Source: Lama glama (taxonomy: Eukaryota). Taken from it: a stretch of 64,000 nt of DNA. The notes under the pieces were generated by a model. The model saw only the letters and a program-made list of their open reading frames with translations, had not been told where the DNA came from and ran no database searches. The number at the start of each line of letters is the position of its first letter. Position 1 is the first letter of the stretch. The stretch is from assembly GCA_028534125.1 (NCBI GenBank), contig CM052817.1, positions 51,772,001 through 51,836,000 of the forward strand, written 5' to 3'. The position numbers and the translations under genes were made by a program. Of this stretch, positions 11,880 to 24,790 are shown in pieces.

Positions 11880-14800
11880 GAAACAAGCTGCTGCAACTAC
11901 ACCTGAAAACATCAATGACACTCATTTTCACCCTCCACCACCCATTCTAGATTTCCTTCACTCTCTGTAAGCACTGCAGCCAGTCAAGTTTGCTTGTCTG
12001 ATTAGGGGGCCAACTGTCAACTCTGAGTGCTCTGAGCCCTTGATTGCCTTGGTCTTTTCACACTCTGGTTGCTGCAATTGCCTATTCAAAAGACGGAAGC
12101 CTGGGGAAAATCCCTCGTGACTTCTTTAAGTTTGACACATTTCCCTTTGTTCCCATTATGTAAGGACAATCCTAGCTCCTTATGATAATGAGGGTCGGTT
12201 ATGCCTGTCAACGTAATAATTCATTTGTCTGTTGATTCAATAATCAAAACTCAGATTCAGTAGAGGATGCATTTCCTTCCACTCCCAAACCAGCACGTGC
12301 AATGCAGCAGAAACCAAGAAGCAAACATGGAAAATGTAAATTCTGTAAGTTGGTCACTGTATTGGTTTGCGAGGACTGCCATGACAAAGTACCACAGACG
12401 GGGTGGCTTAAGCAGTAGGAATTTGTGTTTTCATGATTCTGGAGGCTAGAGGTCCAAGATCAAGGTGTCTGCAGGGGTGGTTTCTTCCGAGGCCACTCTC
12501 CTCAGCTTGTAGATGGCCATCTTCTCCTCCCTTTGTCTTCACATGGTCATCCCTCTGGGTGTGTCCTAAAATCTTCTCTTCTTATAAGGACATCAGTTCA
12601 TTATAAGTGGATTAGGCCCACTTTAAGACCTCATTTTAACTTAATTACCTCTTTAAAGACCCTGTCTCCAAATACAGTCACATTCTAAGATACTCAGGGT
12701 CAGGACTTTGACATATGAATTTGGGGCTGGAACAGCTCAGTCCATAACAGTCACTGAGTCTGATGACAAACCTTACTTTAAACCTGGACCCAGATATTCT
12801 AGCTATTGTTTATAAAGCAGCATGGGTTAGTTCCTGAATTCTCACAAATACTGCAGCACCAAATAGAAGACAGCACCATAACTTTGCAGCATTTCATTTC
12901 CCAACTGTTGCCTTAGATGAGGGCATTCCAAGGTTCTATTTGACTGACTACTTCAGCGTGATGAGCATATGGTGGGATCAGTGGGTCTGTGACTGTCCCC
13001 TCACAGTCACAAATTCTTCACTACAAAATGCATCCTTGGCTTGAGATTCTGTGACGTGGCATTCAATGTCAGTAAGTCAGGCGTATGTACTATTGACACT
13101 CCCTTAATGGTTCTGGCAGAGACACCATAATCAGGGTGGGTGAACCCATATCTGACATAGGTGTCAAAGCGGAAAAGGTGTCTGAAGGGATGAATTTGGT
13201 ATCAAGTGGTCAGTCTGACATCAAGCACTAACTGCCAGAAAAGCAGCGGCTCAACTGGCCTTGTAAAGGGGGCAATGCTGCTGGGCCCTGCGTAACTGAA
13301 ATCCCCATCACCATGACTACCCCGCTCATAAACTCATGGCACAAGCACTGGAGAAGCCCCAGAGAGTGTTAGCTGACCTCTACCTGGTAGGTCATCATGC
13401 ACACCTGGCTTTTGTGCGTCTTTTCTGCATTGGATGCTCTGTGGTGGGTATTAGTGTGAAATACAAAAATTCTCTTACCATGTGCTCATTCTCATATAGC
13501 CAAAAAATCGGCATGTCACTTCTATAGATGTCCCTGGCTCTAACTCTCCAATTTGCCTGTCCACACCCTTAAGCTGATCTACCAAGCTTTCACCACTATC
13601 CAGACCCTGTGTATATTGGTTCCAGGTGCTTTCTCCATTTTTCCAACGTTACGGGCAAGTGCACCTCTCACAGTGCGTTAGTAGTATAGTGCACCTATAG
13701 TGGAAGCAGCAATGTTCCAGTTTTAGCTAACACTAACACAACCAGTGACACAATTTGTGAAACAGACCCCCTAGTCTCCCTCAGTCCCCAGTTGGTCATG
13801 GGAATCATACCCCTTTGAATCATAAGTGTGAGCTGAGATAGAGATATCATTCATTCTACCACATGGATAAACATGGGGGGCCATGCCACCACTTCATGAA
13901 ACTGATGAAGGTCCACTGGATATGCTGGTACTTGATCCAAAATGTACTTTTACTGTTGCATGATGGATTGCTGCTATACCCACTGGGCTTTATGAGTTAA
14001 CAGAACTGATAACACCAGGAAGCTCTGTTAAGTCATGAAGTCACCCGTCATCAGTCTCTATCACTGCCCAGTAGTGCATCACACCAATCAGATGCCAGAA
14101 CGCCTGCGTAGTCCAGTGTTGCCATTTTGTCTGTACCTTACCTTAAATCAGCTCAGAGGAGAATCTGAGTAATTGTGATGATGCAGCACGCCATGTACCA
14201 CCAGCAAAGGGATCCGTGTCATGTTCCAATGACTGGAGACTGCCATAATAACTTGGGTCAGATAACTGAAATGACTCACTAAACAAAAGGCTTTAATGAA
14301 GCTGACAGATTGTGAACAGACCAGTAGAAATAAAATGCAGGTAAGTATATGGGACCCAAGAAACTTCCAGGCACAGCTCTCCAAAGTCCTTTTCAATCAC
14401 ACAGAGTGCTCTTTAACTCTGGATTGCCAAGACATATTTGAGGAGACTTGGCTTCAGGAGAGCTAGGGCAAATGTTTCCAGTAGGGTCTTTTTTGCCCCA
14501 CTGGACATATATTCAAGCCAGCTGCTAACTGGTTTCACCAGGTATGAGCTGTCCATCTACATGTCCCTAAATAACATAAAAAAGGTGTCTTTGTCTGCTG
14601 GGGAGTTTCTAACATTAAATAGGTCACTATCAATGACTAGCTAGCCCGTCTCCTCCTTATCTTGGCCTAGAGTCAGTATCAGACTTCCAGGCATCCTTAT
14701 AGATAAGACAGAGAAGCAGTTCAGCTTTCAGACAACTGTATTTTACGGCAGTGACCTAGTTCCCAAAGCTCATTCTGAATGGTTGCTGACTAAGAACATC
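11880..14800 (-). mobile_element. Decayed ERVL internal region (ERV3-16A3/HERV16-like): pol connection, RNase H, integrase and dUTPase remnants
   Basis: Minus-strand fragments HYWAVIETD (~14065), QQSIMQQ*KYILDQ (~13960), RIFVFHTNTHHRASNAE (~13450), FDTYVRYGFTHP (~13150), AHHAEVVSQIEPWNALI (~12945) and TLTGITDPHYHKELGLSLHNG (~12150-12215) are collinear with ERVL Pol/dUTPase. Many stops and frameshifts. Confidence 0.85.
12358..12749 (-). mobile_element. MLT1B-like MaLR solo LTR nested in the ERVL
   Basis: TG...CA termini, perfect 5-bp TSD GTCAC (12353-12357, 12750-12754), MLT1B-type body. Confidence 0.92.
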
Positions 14801-14814
14801 TCCGGTTTTAGCTT

Positions 14815-15634
14815 CTTCGTTTTTTTGGTTTTCTCCAAAACATAGCTTGGGTCAAAGTCATGGTTGCAGCTCACTTATTTATAAGATTCCTAGAAATCAA
14901 AGGCGGATGAGCCAGGAAAGTGAGACAGGAAAAGAAGACAAACGTCAAGGTGGGTGCATTACTGAGGTTTCAGCTGCAATCACCGAGAAGTGTGAAAAAT
15001 TGCCTGGGGATGAGGCATGGGATGTTGGGGCACCTCTTTAGTGAGTCGAGTCCATATTCATTGAGGCTCGCCCCTGGGGGTGTCACTGCACGGGTGTGCA
15101 CGTGGGGCAGTCCATTACAACTCTGAAGAAGGCCATGGCCTTCTGATAGCCCTGTGACAGAAATCTTCCAGGAAACTCAGCCATCATTAAAAATTAAATT
15201 CCATAAATTTATAATTAAATTATATGGAAAATGAAGGTAATTAATACTCAAAATCCATCTTGTCCTAATTATTTTCTATTACCGACACTCTTGTGATTAT
15301 TTGTCTTTTATCTGTACAGTGGAATACTAATATAATGGAGTGCTACTGCATCTCTCTTCCCAGAAATGCATTCGGTACATCAGGCTGTAGCTTGAAACTG
15401 TCCATGGTGGGAATATTTACACCAGGGAAATGAGAAAATGCTACAAATCAGGGCTTGATTCCTGCCCCATGTAGTGCCAAATGCTTGTTGAACAGCTACT
15501 AGCCCCTCATTGCAGAAAAGTGAAGAGAAATATGCTAAATCCTTGAGATGGGAGACCATCAGAATCAGTTGGAATTGTCCAACACATGTGGCTGAAATAA
15601 GAGATCGGTCAGGGAGTTAAAATAATCTGCTGTA
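14815..15634 (-). mobile_element. LTR16-family LTR (probable 5' LTR), split by MER63
   Basis: aagtgagacaggaaaagaagacaaacg..gggtgcattactgagg, resuming with cttgagatgggagaccatcag..gtggctgaaataagag..atctgctgta. Confidence 0.75.
15150..15505. mobile_element. MER63-like (hAT-Blackjack) DNA transposon
   Basis: gtagcttgaaactgtccatggtgggaatatttacaccagggaaatgagaaaatgctacaaatcagggctt matches MER63. Confidence 0.8.
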
Positions 15635-16179
15635 CTTCCCAGTCTCCCAGACTTTATTCCCAAGTGGTAGTGATATGGTAGTGATGTGGGGTAACTTCCC
15701 CTCTAATCTCCATCTGTGCCCTCAAGCCACCTGCATAAATATTATTATAAGTGGACATGTTTGATTTTGTGATTTTGAAAGTGGATAATTTCAAGGATGA
15801 AAGACAAAAGAATTAAGAAGTCAGGTTTTGGCTGGGCCACCATGATACACTATTAATATCTGGATGATAAACAAGCTTGAGTAAGAAGAAAATGAGATGG
15901 GGTAAAAAAAAATCTGCAAAATTTCTTCAAAAATCGCAGAGTAGGTTGAAAAAGCTTGGTGGATCATGACTATTATATTTGAACCATGCATTCATAAAAC
16001 AGGAGGCATTTTACAAGCGAAGGGCAGAATAACGATCAATATCCCACCCAGGAAGGAACCTTCCCAGCTGAGTGTTCTCACGGTGAGACTGTCAGTACCC
16101 ACGCCCTCCCACACATCACAACGCCGTCATCTCTCTCACGTACACATACCAACAACAATGGTCTCAGAACTGTTTACTA

Positions 16180-16400
16180 AAGAATAACAACAAGCCCTGT
16201 CTAAGTGTGTGCTGTGTGTTGGGAAACCTTTCATGTGCTTTGTGCATATTCTCTTTTTAAACCCTCACAGCAATCTGACAATTTATATCATTCTTATATT
16301 ACAGGTGAAAAACTGAGGCACAAAGAATTCAAGTTACTAGGAAATGACACACGTTAATGGTAAAGCCACAGTACAAACTGTTCTCTGAAACAAATCTTTG
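16180..16400 (-). mobile_element. MIR SINE
   Basis: ccctcacagcaatctga..ttacaggtgaaaaactgaggcacaaaga. Confidence 0.8.
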
Positions 16401-16949
16401 TCTTCTTGATCTAATTGAAATCTGCTCTCACCTCAAGACATGGCTTTCCTGGCAGCCCTATCATATGGTAGATGATTTTACACCTGCAGGGCCTGTAGGC
16501 AGAGAGATGTCTTCCTTGCATCTTACAGCTCTTCCAGACCACTTCTTTTCTCTCCTCTTTAAGCTAAAATCCCAATCTGTCTGAAGCCGATGCCAACAGA
16601 GCACACTGTCCACTCCCGTTTGGTTGTGGTCATGTGCAAGGCTTCCTATCAGTTCTTCTTATACCTTGACAATTTTAAGACCTTACTGCTTACTATACCT
16701 TTGGTGATTTCAAACCAGGGCCCAGTAACACAGAGTACTTTTGTTCAAGTTATTTTAAAAGGCTTTTACTGTGTGTATGAATTTCAACAGAGGCACTCCC
16801 TTTGGGCACATAAATTTAAAAAGGAGTCTTTTTCTCAGATTGAGATCAGCCTCTGTCCAGAGCCCAGAGTTGGAGGCAGAACAGACTAGAGTTCAGCCTG
16901 CCCTCCTGGGGTACCAGACTGTCCCAAGCAAACGATTTCCCCTAATTTT

Positions 16950-18845
16950 TAAAATTTTCATCATTGTCAATGACTTTACCTCTAACTTACCTCTCCCACC
17001 AACTCCCAGACTAATATCACAACTTCTACCATGTATAATGGTATATCCACCAACCTGTTATCAGATCAGTCTCTTCTCTGGCCACCGTCTCTATTATTTC
17101 CAGCTCAGTCTCCCTACCCACTGTCATCATTAGAAATTTTTAATTCATCATTCTTTAACGGTCCCATTTTCAATTCCAATTAACATCTCAAAATTTTCTT
17201 TTCCAACTTAGATGCAATAATCCATCACTATAATCATATAATCACACTTATAAACACCCTGAAATTATTTGCCCCAACTCCCTCTATCTTACCCATTTGG
17301 CAAAACTGCAACCCATTTAATTTTACTCTGTGTCTTCTAATTGCCTGTAGAAACTGAGTGAGGAAAATTGGGCCACTGTCAATGGAATCACTTCATATTT
17401 AGTATCACAAAGTTCAAGTGGGTTCATAGAATTGCCTCGCAATCTTATTGCCTTCGTCCAGTTGATTCACTCTCATTCCCTCACCCAGTTAAGGATCTTT
17501 TTCCCCAAAGATAAACTCCTGTCTCTACAACAATGCTATCACTCTATTATGTCATTTTCATAAGGATACAAACATACAGTAACATTCTCCATAAATGACC
17601 TTCGATCTTTCAGCTCTCTCCAGTTACTGCTCCAGTTCTTATTCTTCATTATGTAGCAAAAATTTTTACAATGATTTTCTACAATAAGTGTTGCATTTTA
17701 CCAATTGACAAGCTTTCCTTCACCCACTCCAATCATGTTTATTCTGTCAAGTTCATGAATAGTATTGACGTCCATATTGACAAATGCAATAGTCACTTTT
17801 AGTCGTCCTCTTACTCAACTTCTGAAATATTAAAATCTTTTTCCTGAAACACTTGTTCCCTTAGCCTCCAGAACAGACTCATAGTTCTTAAAGTATCCAG
17901 GGTTCCTTTTGTACTTTTTATCCATGCCCAATCTAAACTCAATCCACACCCAGTTTCCTAACTGTAAATAATTTCTGCATCACCTATGCCACCAGCTCCA
18001 AAGCATTTGCCTACACTCTTTCAGTCACAGATATATTCAACTGTCTTCCTGACAGCTCTATTTAGATGACTAAAAAAGCATCATAATTTTGACTAAGTTC
18101 TAAATTCTAAAACAGAACTTTGAACCTTTGTGCACCAAAGCCTGCTTCTCTCTTCTTGCTCCACATCCAAAATATATTCCAAATTTGACCATTTCTCATC
18201 ACGTCCATTTCTATTGCACAAGATACCACCTAACTGACCTTCTTGCTTCTATTCTTACTCCCCTAAGTAAATTCTTCATAAAGTGATCTGAACTGTTTTT
18301 TACAAGGTTAAATTGCATCCCGTTAGCCTACTGTTCAAACTCTAGCTTCCTGTTCCAAAATCCAACTTTTAAATATGTCTGACAGAACTCTAATTAGAGT
18401 ATGTCCTAGTTCTCTGATTCTATCTCCTATCTTTGTGTGTGTGTTTCGTTTTTTATCTCCTTCACGTGATTCTCGTCATATCAGCCTGGTCCTCCTGCAG
18501 TAGCTCAAGGGTGCCAAGTTCCCCTCACTGCTCTCTATTCCCTCTTCTTGTACTACCTTTCCCCACAGATATTCCATAGTTCTCCTTCATCAGGTTTCTG
18601 CTCAAACATCTTCTCCCCTCTCTCCACATGACTATAGTATTACCCTACTTTATTTACCAACACAGAGTTCATTACTACTTGAATTCATGTATGTGGTTTT
18701 TTTGTGTGTCTATTGTCTGTTTCAACTACTAGGATGTAAATTCCCAAACAAACAAAGATTGTATCTGCTTTGCTTATTGCTATTATCTCAATATCTAGGT
18801 AAATACCTGACACACAAGTGTTCAATGAGAGAACAACTTGATTAA
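16950..18845 (+). mobile_element. Long L2 LINE fragment (ORF2 remnant to 3' end)
   Basis: tccatcactataatc..ttggcaaaactgcaaccc and the terminal tattgtctgt..aggatgtaaattccc..tacctgacaca match L2. Confidence 0.8.
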
Positions 18846-19078
18846 TAAGACATCATTTGGGAAGGAGAAAGATGATTTAGATGGTGTTGAATAACACACA
18901 AAAATGAGACACCAAATCTTTATTAATGTATGAGGAGGCAATTAGGTAAGAGGAATGACAGTATTTACCACATTTGCCAGACTTTACTGTAATCCTGTAC
19001 TTATTTATCCACCAATATGACTGAATCGTAATGTCCAGAGGGCCCCAAATGATATTCGATCTTAACATTGCATCTCAG

Positions 19079-19145
19079 TTGCTGTGCCTAAAGGAAAACC
19101 CAGCTGCTCTATAAAAATGGCTCTGGGACTCAACCATTTTAAGAG
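19079..19145 (+). other. Candidate 67-nt internal exon
   Basis: CTTAAC branch-like motif, catctcAG acceptor and GAG/GTGAGT donor. Only one frame is open (xAVPKGKPSCSIKMALGLNHFK). No homology recognised. Confidence 0.3.
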
Positions 19146-19960
19146 GTGAGTGTCATCATTAGGGCAAACCCAGGGAAATAAGTCAGTGTAGTTTAACTAC
19201 ATAGAAGTCTCCTTTAGAACATTTATTTTGTCTGAGGAAAATAAATGATTCTGGAGAAATAAACTTGGTTGGGGAAAATTATTTCCCATAAACTGTTAGA
19301 ATAATGGTGATGAAATTATTTGCAAGTCCAACCTAGAACTAAGAAAAAACTGAATAACGTGGGAGGTGTAAGGAATTTTGAATTAATCTGATCTGATAAA
19401 TGCTATCAACATACTTTTAAATGCTTTTATTGCAACAAAAATGATAATGGACACAAGGCTAAAATCTGTTTCATCATCATCCACTGATGTACTGAGATAA
19501 ATGCTCTTTCCATTACTCAATACTTCAAGTACAAGCTCAGTGATAAAAATTGATCTGTGTTGTTTTGGATATTCATGTCTGTGAGCAAACAAAACAGACT
19601 TTTCTATTAGAATCAACGGTTTCCAGAAATTCAGTCAGAAGTTAAGAACGCAGTCACATGCCCATTATAGGAAGAAAGAGAATTGGGGGGGGGTGGAGAA
19701 AAGAGAGAGAAAAGATATTTATAGAATATAAAGATCTGAAACAGCTTTGTTTTTCTGGCCTCCCTCTACCAGAATAATCATGTCCCTAACTCTCTAATGC
19801 TCCTCCAGATCTGACTAAAATCCAGCAAAATCTGCTACCTGGGCAATCAGTGCATAGTCAAATAAAGCAACACCTTTTAATCATTTATTCTGTAGCTCCC
19901 TGGGTTTGCAACAGGATGCTTAATATTCACATCATTTCTTCATGTTCTTTTTCTCTGTAG

Positions 19961-20535
19961 CGTTAGCTGTGTGTAGCTTCTTTCCATTCTCTTCCCCTTC
20001 GCCTCTCTGCTCTGCATCCTCTGTCTCTTTCTCACTCCCCCTCCCTCTCTTGTCTCCTTTCTCTCCTGTACGTAATTATTAGCATGTAATGTTAACTGGA
20101 AAAGGTAATATTAAATTGTCTCATGTTTGGTGTTTTTTATTTGTGTTGTTAAAAACAAGTAACCATAAAAATACTCTGGCTAATTTTAAAACAGTATTTT
20201 GTAAAACTGGGGAAAAAAAGCATTGTTCAAATTGCAGTTGCTTACATATTAAAACTATCATGCATGGAGCAAAAACGAAAGTTTGTGTACCATACTATAT
20301 ATATATATTGTTTTATCTGATCATTTTTTATAATAGTTCAAAGCTGTTAATAGTTTGAATGTGTTCAGTATTACATGGTTAATATTTTATCAGACAGTTA
20401 TTGCCTTTGCCTTGAAATTGTTTTATTATTTGAAAGTTATTGTCTTTTTTATATTATTTTGGAAAATTTGCTGCCCTGTAAGTGTATTTCATCTAGGAAA
20501 CACTTTTTAATAATAAAATATCCTTTGGCTTTTAG
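19961..20535 (+). other. Candidate alternative terminal exon with poly(A) site
   Basis: Strong acceptor tttcttcatgttctttttctctgtAG (19959-19960), repeat-free U-rich body, two TGTA at ~20477-20486, AATAAA 20512-20517. Confidence 0.45.
19978..20067. repeat. CT-rich polypyrimidine low-complexity tract
   Basis: About 90 nt that are almost all C/T. Confidence 0.85.
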
Positions 20536-21529
20536 AGTAAAAGTCAGTGGAGAATAATTGCTTATATGAAGTTTGTCAAACCTGACTTTGCTAGACTAGA
20601 ACTATTCCTTTACTGATAAGCTACTTGACCTTAATAATACAAACCAAAGAGCATAGTGTTTTTCATCATTCTGTGCTTTTATAAAGAAATATTTTTGGAA
20701 AGAAATGTTATTTGTAGTAAAATGTGAATAACTTTTTCAATGATTCCTACATATTTAAAAAAATAAAAGTAATCTAAGTTTTACATTAGAAAAAAATATG
20801 ATTCTAGTCAATTCTATATTGCCATACCATACCAAGGGCCTAAACTTGTGAAAAGAAAAACTTGTGAATTCGTTATATCTACCTCTCCCCACACACAGAG
20901 ATGATAATATAACAAATGTTATAAAAGGAATCTGAAATGGAAATGTTGCTATAATGAAGAGCTTCCTCATAATTATGTTTGCAACATAGACAGTTCTAGT
21001 CTCTGCCTGTTACACAGGGAAGAAATCCAGATGTTGGGTGATAAATAACAAGAAATGCAAGTCAGAGAAATTAAACTAGGATGAGCTGCAAAGAGCAGAG
21101 GAAAGACAAAGAACTAAGCGCTAGGAGAGTTGTCTGCATGGCTTGATGACAAATGCATTCTCTCTTCCTTGTAGCACATGAAGCTCATCTTTTGTGAGTA
21201 AAACTGAGTACATTTTATAGGACTTTGGACATTTACACTATAGTTGGTTACTATAGCTTGTAATGACATGTATTTATACTTTTTTTGTTTCAACTGGAAA
21301 CAGAAATTAGTTTAAGTAGGGGTGTTTGGAGAGGTTTCTTCCAGACAGTCTTAAATGTTGATATTCTAATTATAAAGCTTTCTAAGGAAATACCATTATT
21401 ATTGTAAATTTTAACGTTACCGATCCAAAGTAAGAGATGCTTAAGCTGGACGTATGATAGTCATTTTCTATCATTAATTCTGCTTTTTAAATCCTTAGAG
21501 AGTAATAGTAAAAATAAAATATATTGTGG

Positions 21530-21715
21530 TGATTATTAGGTGCTTATATTAAGCCCTCATGTTAGAATTCATGACAACCTTTTGAATCAGTTACTTTTCG
21601 TGTATGAAGAAAAGCACAGAGAACTTGAACAACTTGCCCCAAATCACATAGTGGTGGAGCCAGTATTTGGATCTCTTTGGTCTGGTTCCCAAACCAATCT
21701 TTTTACTCACTCCTT
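21530..21715 (-). mobile_element. MIR SINE
   Basis: gcacagagaacttgaacaacttgccccaaatcacatagtggtggagccagtatttg. Confidence 0.7.
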
Positions 21716-23636
21716 ATGAAACCTAATCCTGCTTGCTCTTAGTTTATTTTTTTTTCCCACAGCTTATTTTGTCTGTTTAGATGGAGACTTGTTTTCTCTT
21801 CCTATAACCTTTCCCTTTACTTGGTTCAGTTTCTGAAAAGGACCAAATAACTATACAAAATAGCTGGCGCAGGAGTGAGTGTCACACTTACAGCTGCTGT
21901 CTCTGATATCTTCCCATTTATTTTCCTTTTTTTTTAAGAAAACAATTTTGGGCATTTTAATTATATCACATGGAATAAATATTTCTTCAAAATCTTCACA
22001 ACTACTATAAAGTTATTATGAAATAATTACTCAATTCAATATATTATCTTGATGGTAAAAAAAGAAAGAAAAGGAAAAAGAAAACTTCCCCAAATGGCAA
22101 AGTTCAGTCTGTTGGTCTATTACTCATAGACCGTAATTACATTCATACCTAAGAAGTTAATATTATTCTCATTTTTAAGATCTTTAAGGTGATTAAATTG
22201 GAAGATGGAAAACTCATTAAAAATTTGAAGAGTAAAATTTAGTACATTGCCTTATCTTCAATGATTCAGAGCCCAATTTTGTTTTAAAATTGACAAAATA
22301 GCAAAAAATTCCAATAGACTCCAGGCATAGTTTGTAAGAATTTAATAATTCTTGGTACACACAGCTATCTGTTCAAACAACCACATAGAAGAAAAAAAAT
22401 ATATTAAAAAATAAGAAAATGAAAATTCTTCGGGGTCTTTCACTTCAGTGGACTTCTTCACTGTCATGCCTTACCAGTGGACTTGCATGTTTGTCTGGCC
22501 CTTCAATCTCTAAACTCATGGAAAACTTTCAAGTAGAAGGAAAATAAAAATGCATTATAAGATGTACTTTTGGATATGACTTCTAGTGTATTTGAGGCAT
22601 AAAGTTTTGGTTGTGATTTAGGGAATTTTGTCACTTTGAGATAATGATGAAAGAGGGAAAACTTGGTAAAATATTCCAGTAAAATTATGATGATTTTATT
22701 TTTCAGTAAAGACTGCTTGTCTCTTTCATATTTTATAACTAAAATGTATTCACAAAGGGAAGTTGACCATTTATTTCTATAATGGGATGTTTATTTTACA
22801 TGGCTAAAAAACAAAAGAATCAAGATGCAAAAGGGAAGGCTATCTTTTCTCTTGGATTGTTGAAATATTTATATATTTTTTTTCATTCAAACACACCATT
22901 AGAAAAGAAAAGCAAGCAACTCAGTAAAGCATGTTCTTGGGAGTAATGCATTTATGAGGATCTCAGAAGCACATCACTTTTATTTAAGCTTTAAATACAG
23001 CTCTGTCTTTTAATTTTTTATTTCTTTTTTTATTGCTTATTTATTTATTTATTTTCAAAGATAATTAAAATACCATACACTAATGGTAGGAAACAGCGAA
23101 AGTTTGGGTCAGATTTAACATAAGTTATGTTTATTTTGGCTCAATTTTACAAAGCTCTTGCTATGTGCAATAGTAACTCTAACAAATAAGTTGTTTCACC
23201 TCTTATAATAGTATACGTTTATTTTGTCATGTAATGAGATAATATATATCCATCTCAAATATAACCAAGTAACCTAATGGAAAAAAATCTTTATTTTGCA
23301 TGTATCACTTATTAACTTCATCTTTCTTGCATTCAACTTCAAGTAATTAGACATAGAGACATTGAATCCTTATGATATACCAAGGACAGGCCTCACTAAA
23401 AGAGATAAATCGAGACTTCCTTTCCTTAAATCCAAAGGCTATCATATTTTTAATCACCAGTTTATGATTGTTTAACACTAGTAACACCTTGGAATATTCC
23501 CTCTCTTTTGAAAGTGTGTCTTTCACGTGATGCTGGTTTTTCTCCTACTTCTTTCAGTTATTTCCTGACTCCTTTACAGGATCATTCTTTTCTATCCAGT
23601 TAAGAATTGTTGACATTACTCAAATCAATTCTAGAT

Positions 23637-23824
23637 CTTTGTGATCTCAAAGTATGCTCTCCAGAACTGCAGCATCGGCATCAACTTGGAACTTGTTAGA
23701 TAAACAAATTCTGGTGTCCCACCCCAGACGTGCTGAGTTGTAAACTCAGAGTGGAAGGCAGAAATCTGTATTTTAACAAGTGATCCAAATTATCCTGATG
23801 CACACTACAGCTTGAGAGACACTG
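23637..23824 (+). mobile_element. MER5A (hAT-Charlie)
   Basis: gcagcatcggcatcaacttggaacttgttag..cccaccccagac..ctgatgcacact..cactg. Confidence 0.88.
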
Positions 23825-23903
23825 CTCTCCATTATCATCTCTCCTCACCTCTGTATTCTCATCTCTAAGCTACTCACATAAAACCATGTTCTTTCCTTTA
23901 AAG

Positions 23904-24217
23904 CAGGAGTCTACCAATTTTTTTCTGTAAAGGATGAGATATCCTTTGTGCTTTGTGGATCATACCATCTCTGTCACAACTGCTCTACTGTGTCCACAAT
24001 ATGTAAATGAATGCATTTGGCTGTGTTCCAATGTAACTTTATTTAGTAACACCAACATTTGAACTTCACATTATTTCAAGTGACATGAAATACTATTCTT
24101 CTTTGGGTTTCACAGCCACTTTTAAAATGTAAAAATTGTGCTTAACTTGTGGGAGATATAGAAAGAGACAAGAGGCTGGCCAGATTTGGCCCAGAGACCA
24201 TAGTTTGCCCATCTCTG
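23904..24217 (+). mobile_element. MER58B (hAT-Charlie)
   Basis: CAG...CTG ends, 8-bp TSD ctttaaag/ctttaaaa, internal ggctgtgttccaat..tagtttgccc. Confidence 0.88.
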
Positions 24218-24235
24218 CTTTAAAATCTTGATATT

Positions 24236-24640
24236 TGGGAAGGTCAGTTTCATGTGTCTACTTGGTCAAGCCATGGCACCCATTCGTTTGGTCAAGCACA
24301 AATGTAGATGCTGCTGTGAAGGTTTTTTTTTTTTTTTTGATGTGACTAATATTTAAATCAATAGACTTTGTGTCTAGTCAATAACCCTCCATAGTGTGAG
24401 TGGGTCTCATTCAGTCAGTTGAAAGCCATAAAAGAAAGATCGAGGTCCCCCACAGAGGAAGAAATTCTGCCTCCAAACTGCCTTTGGACTCCAGATTGCA
24501 ACATCGACTCCTGCTGGAGTTTTCAGCCTACCCTATTAATTTCAGACTTGACAGCCCCTACAACTGCATGAACCATTTCCATAAATTCTAATCTGTCTAT
24601 CTATCTATTCTATTAGTTTTGTTTCTCTGGAGAACTTTGA
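24236..24640 (+). mobile_element. MLT2D-like ERVL LTR
   Basis: accctccatagtgtgagtgggtctcattcagtcagttgaaag..aattctgcctcc..tgtttctctggagaac. Confidence 0.88.
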
Positions 24641-24790
24641 AAATGTGGTCAATGGACTGCCAGCATCAGCACTATCAAAGACCTGATTAAAAATGAAGAA
24701 TTTGGTGCCTTACTTAGGCCTTACTGACAGAATTTATGTGTTAATAAGTTTCATGGAGATTTGTGTGCATACTACAATTTCTAAAGAATT
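24641..24790 (+). mobile_element. MER5-type fragment
   Basis: aaatgtggtcaatggactgccagcatcagcact. Confidence 0.55.

Noticed and set aside
11880..14800. Intact or domesticated retroviral gene
   Set aside because: Numerous stops, frameshifts, deletions and a nested LTR.
19110..19116. TATA-box promoter
   Set aside because: The expected start site would lie only a few bases before the donor at 19146. No other promoter support.
19961..19976. HTR2A C-terminus (VSCV)
   Set aside because: Only the tetrapeptide matches. The upstream sequence is a splice-acceptor-like tract, not receptor coding sequence.
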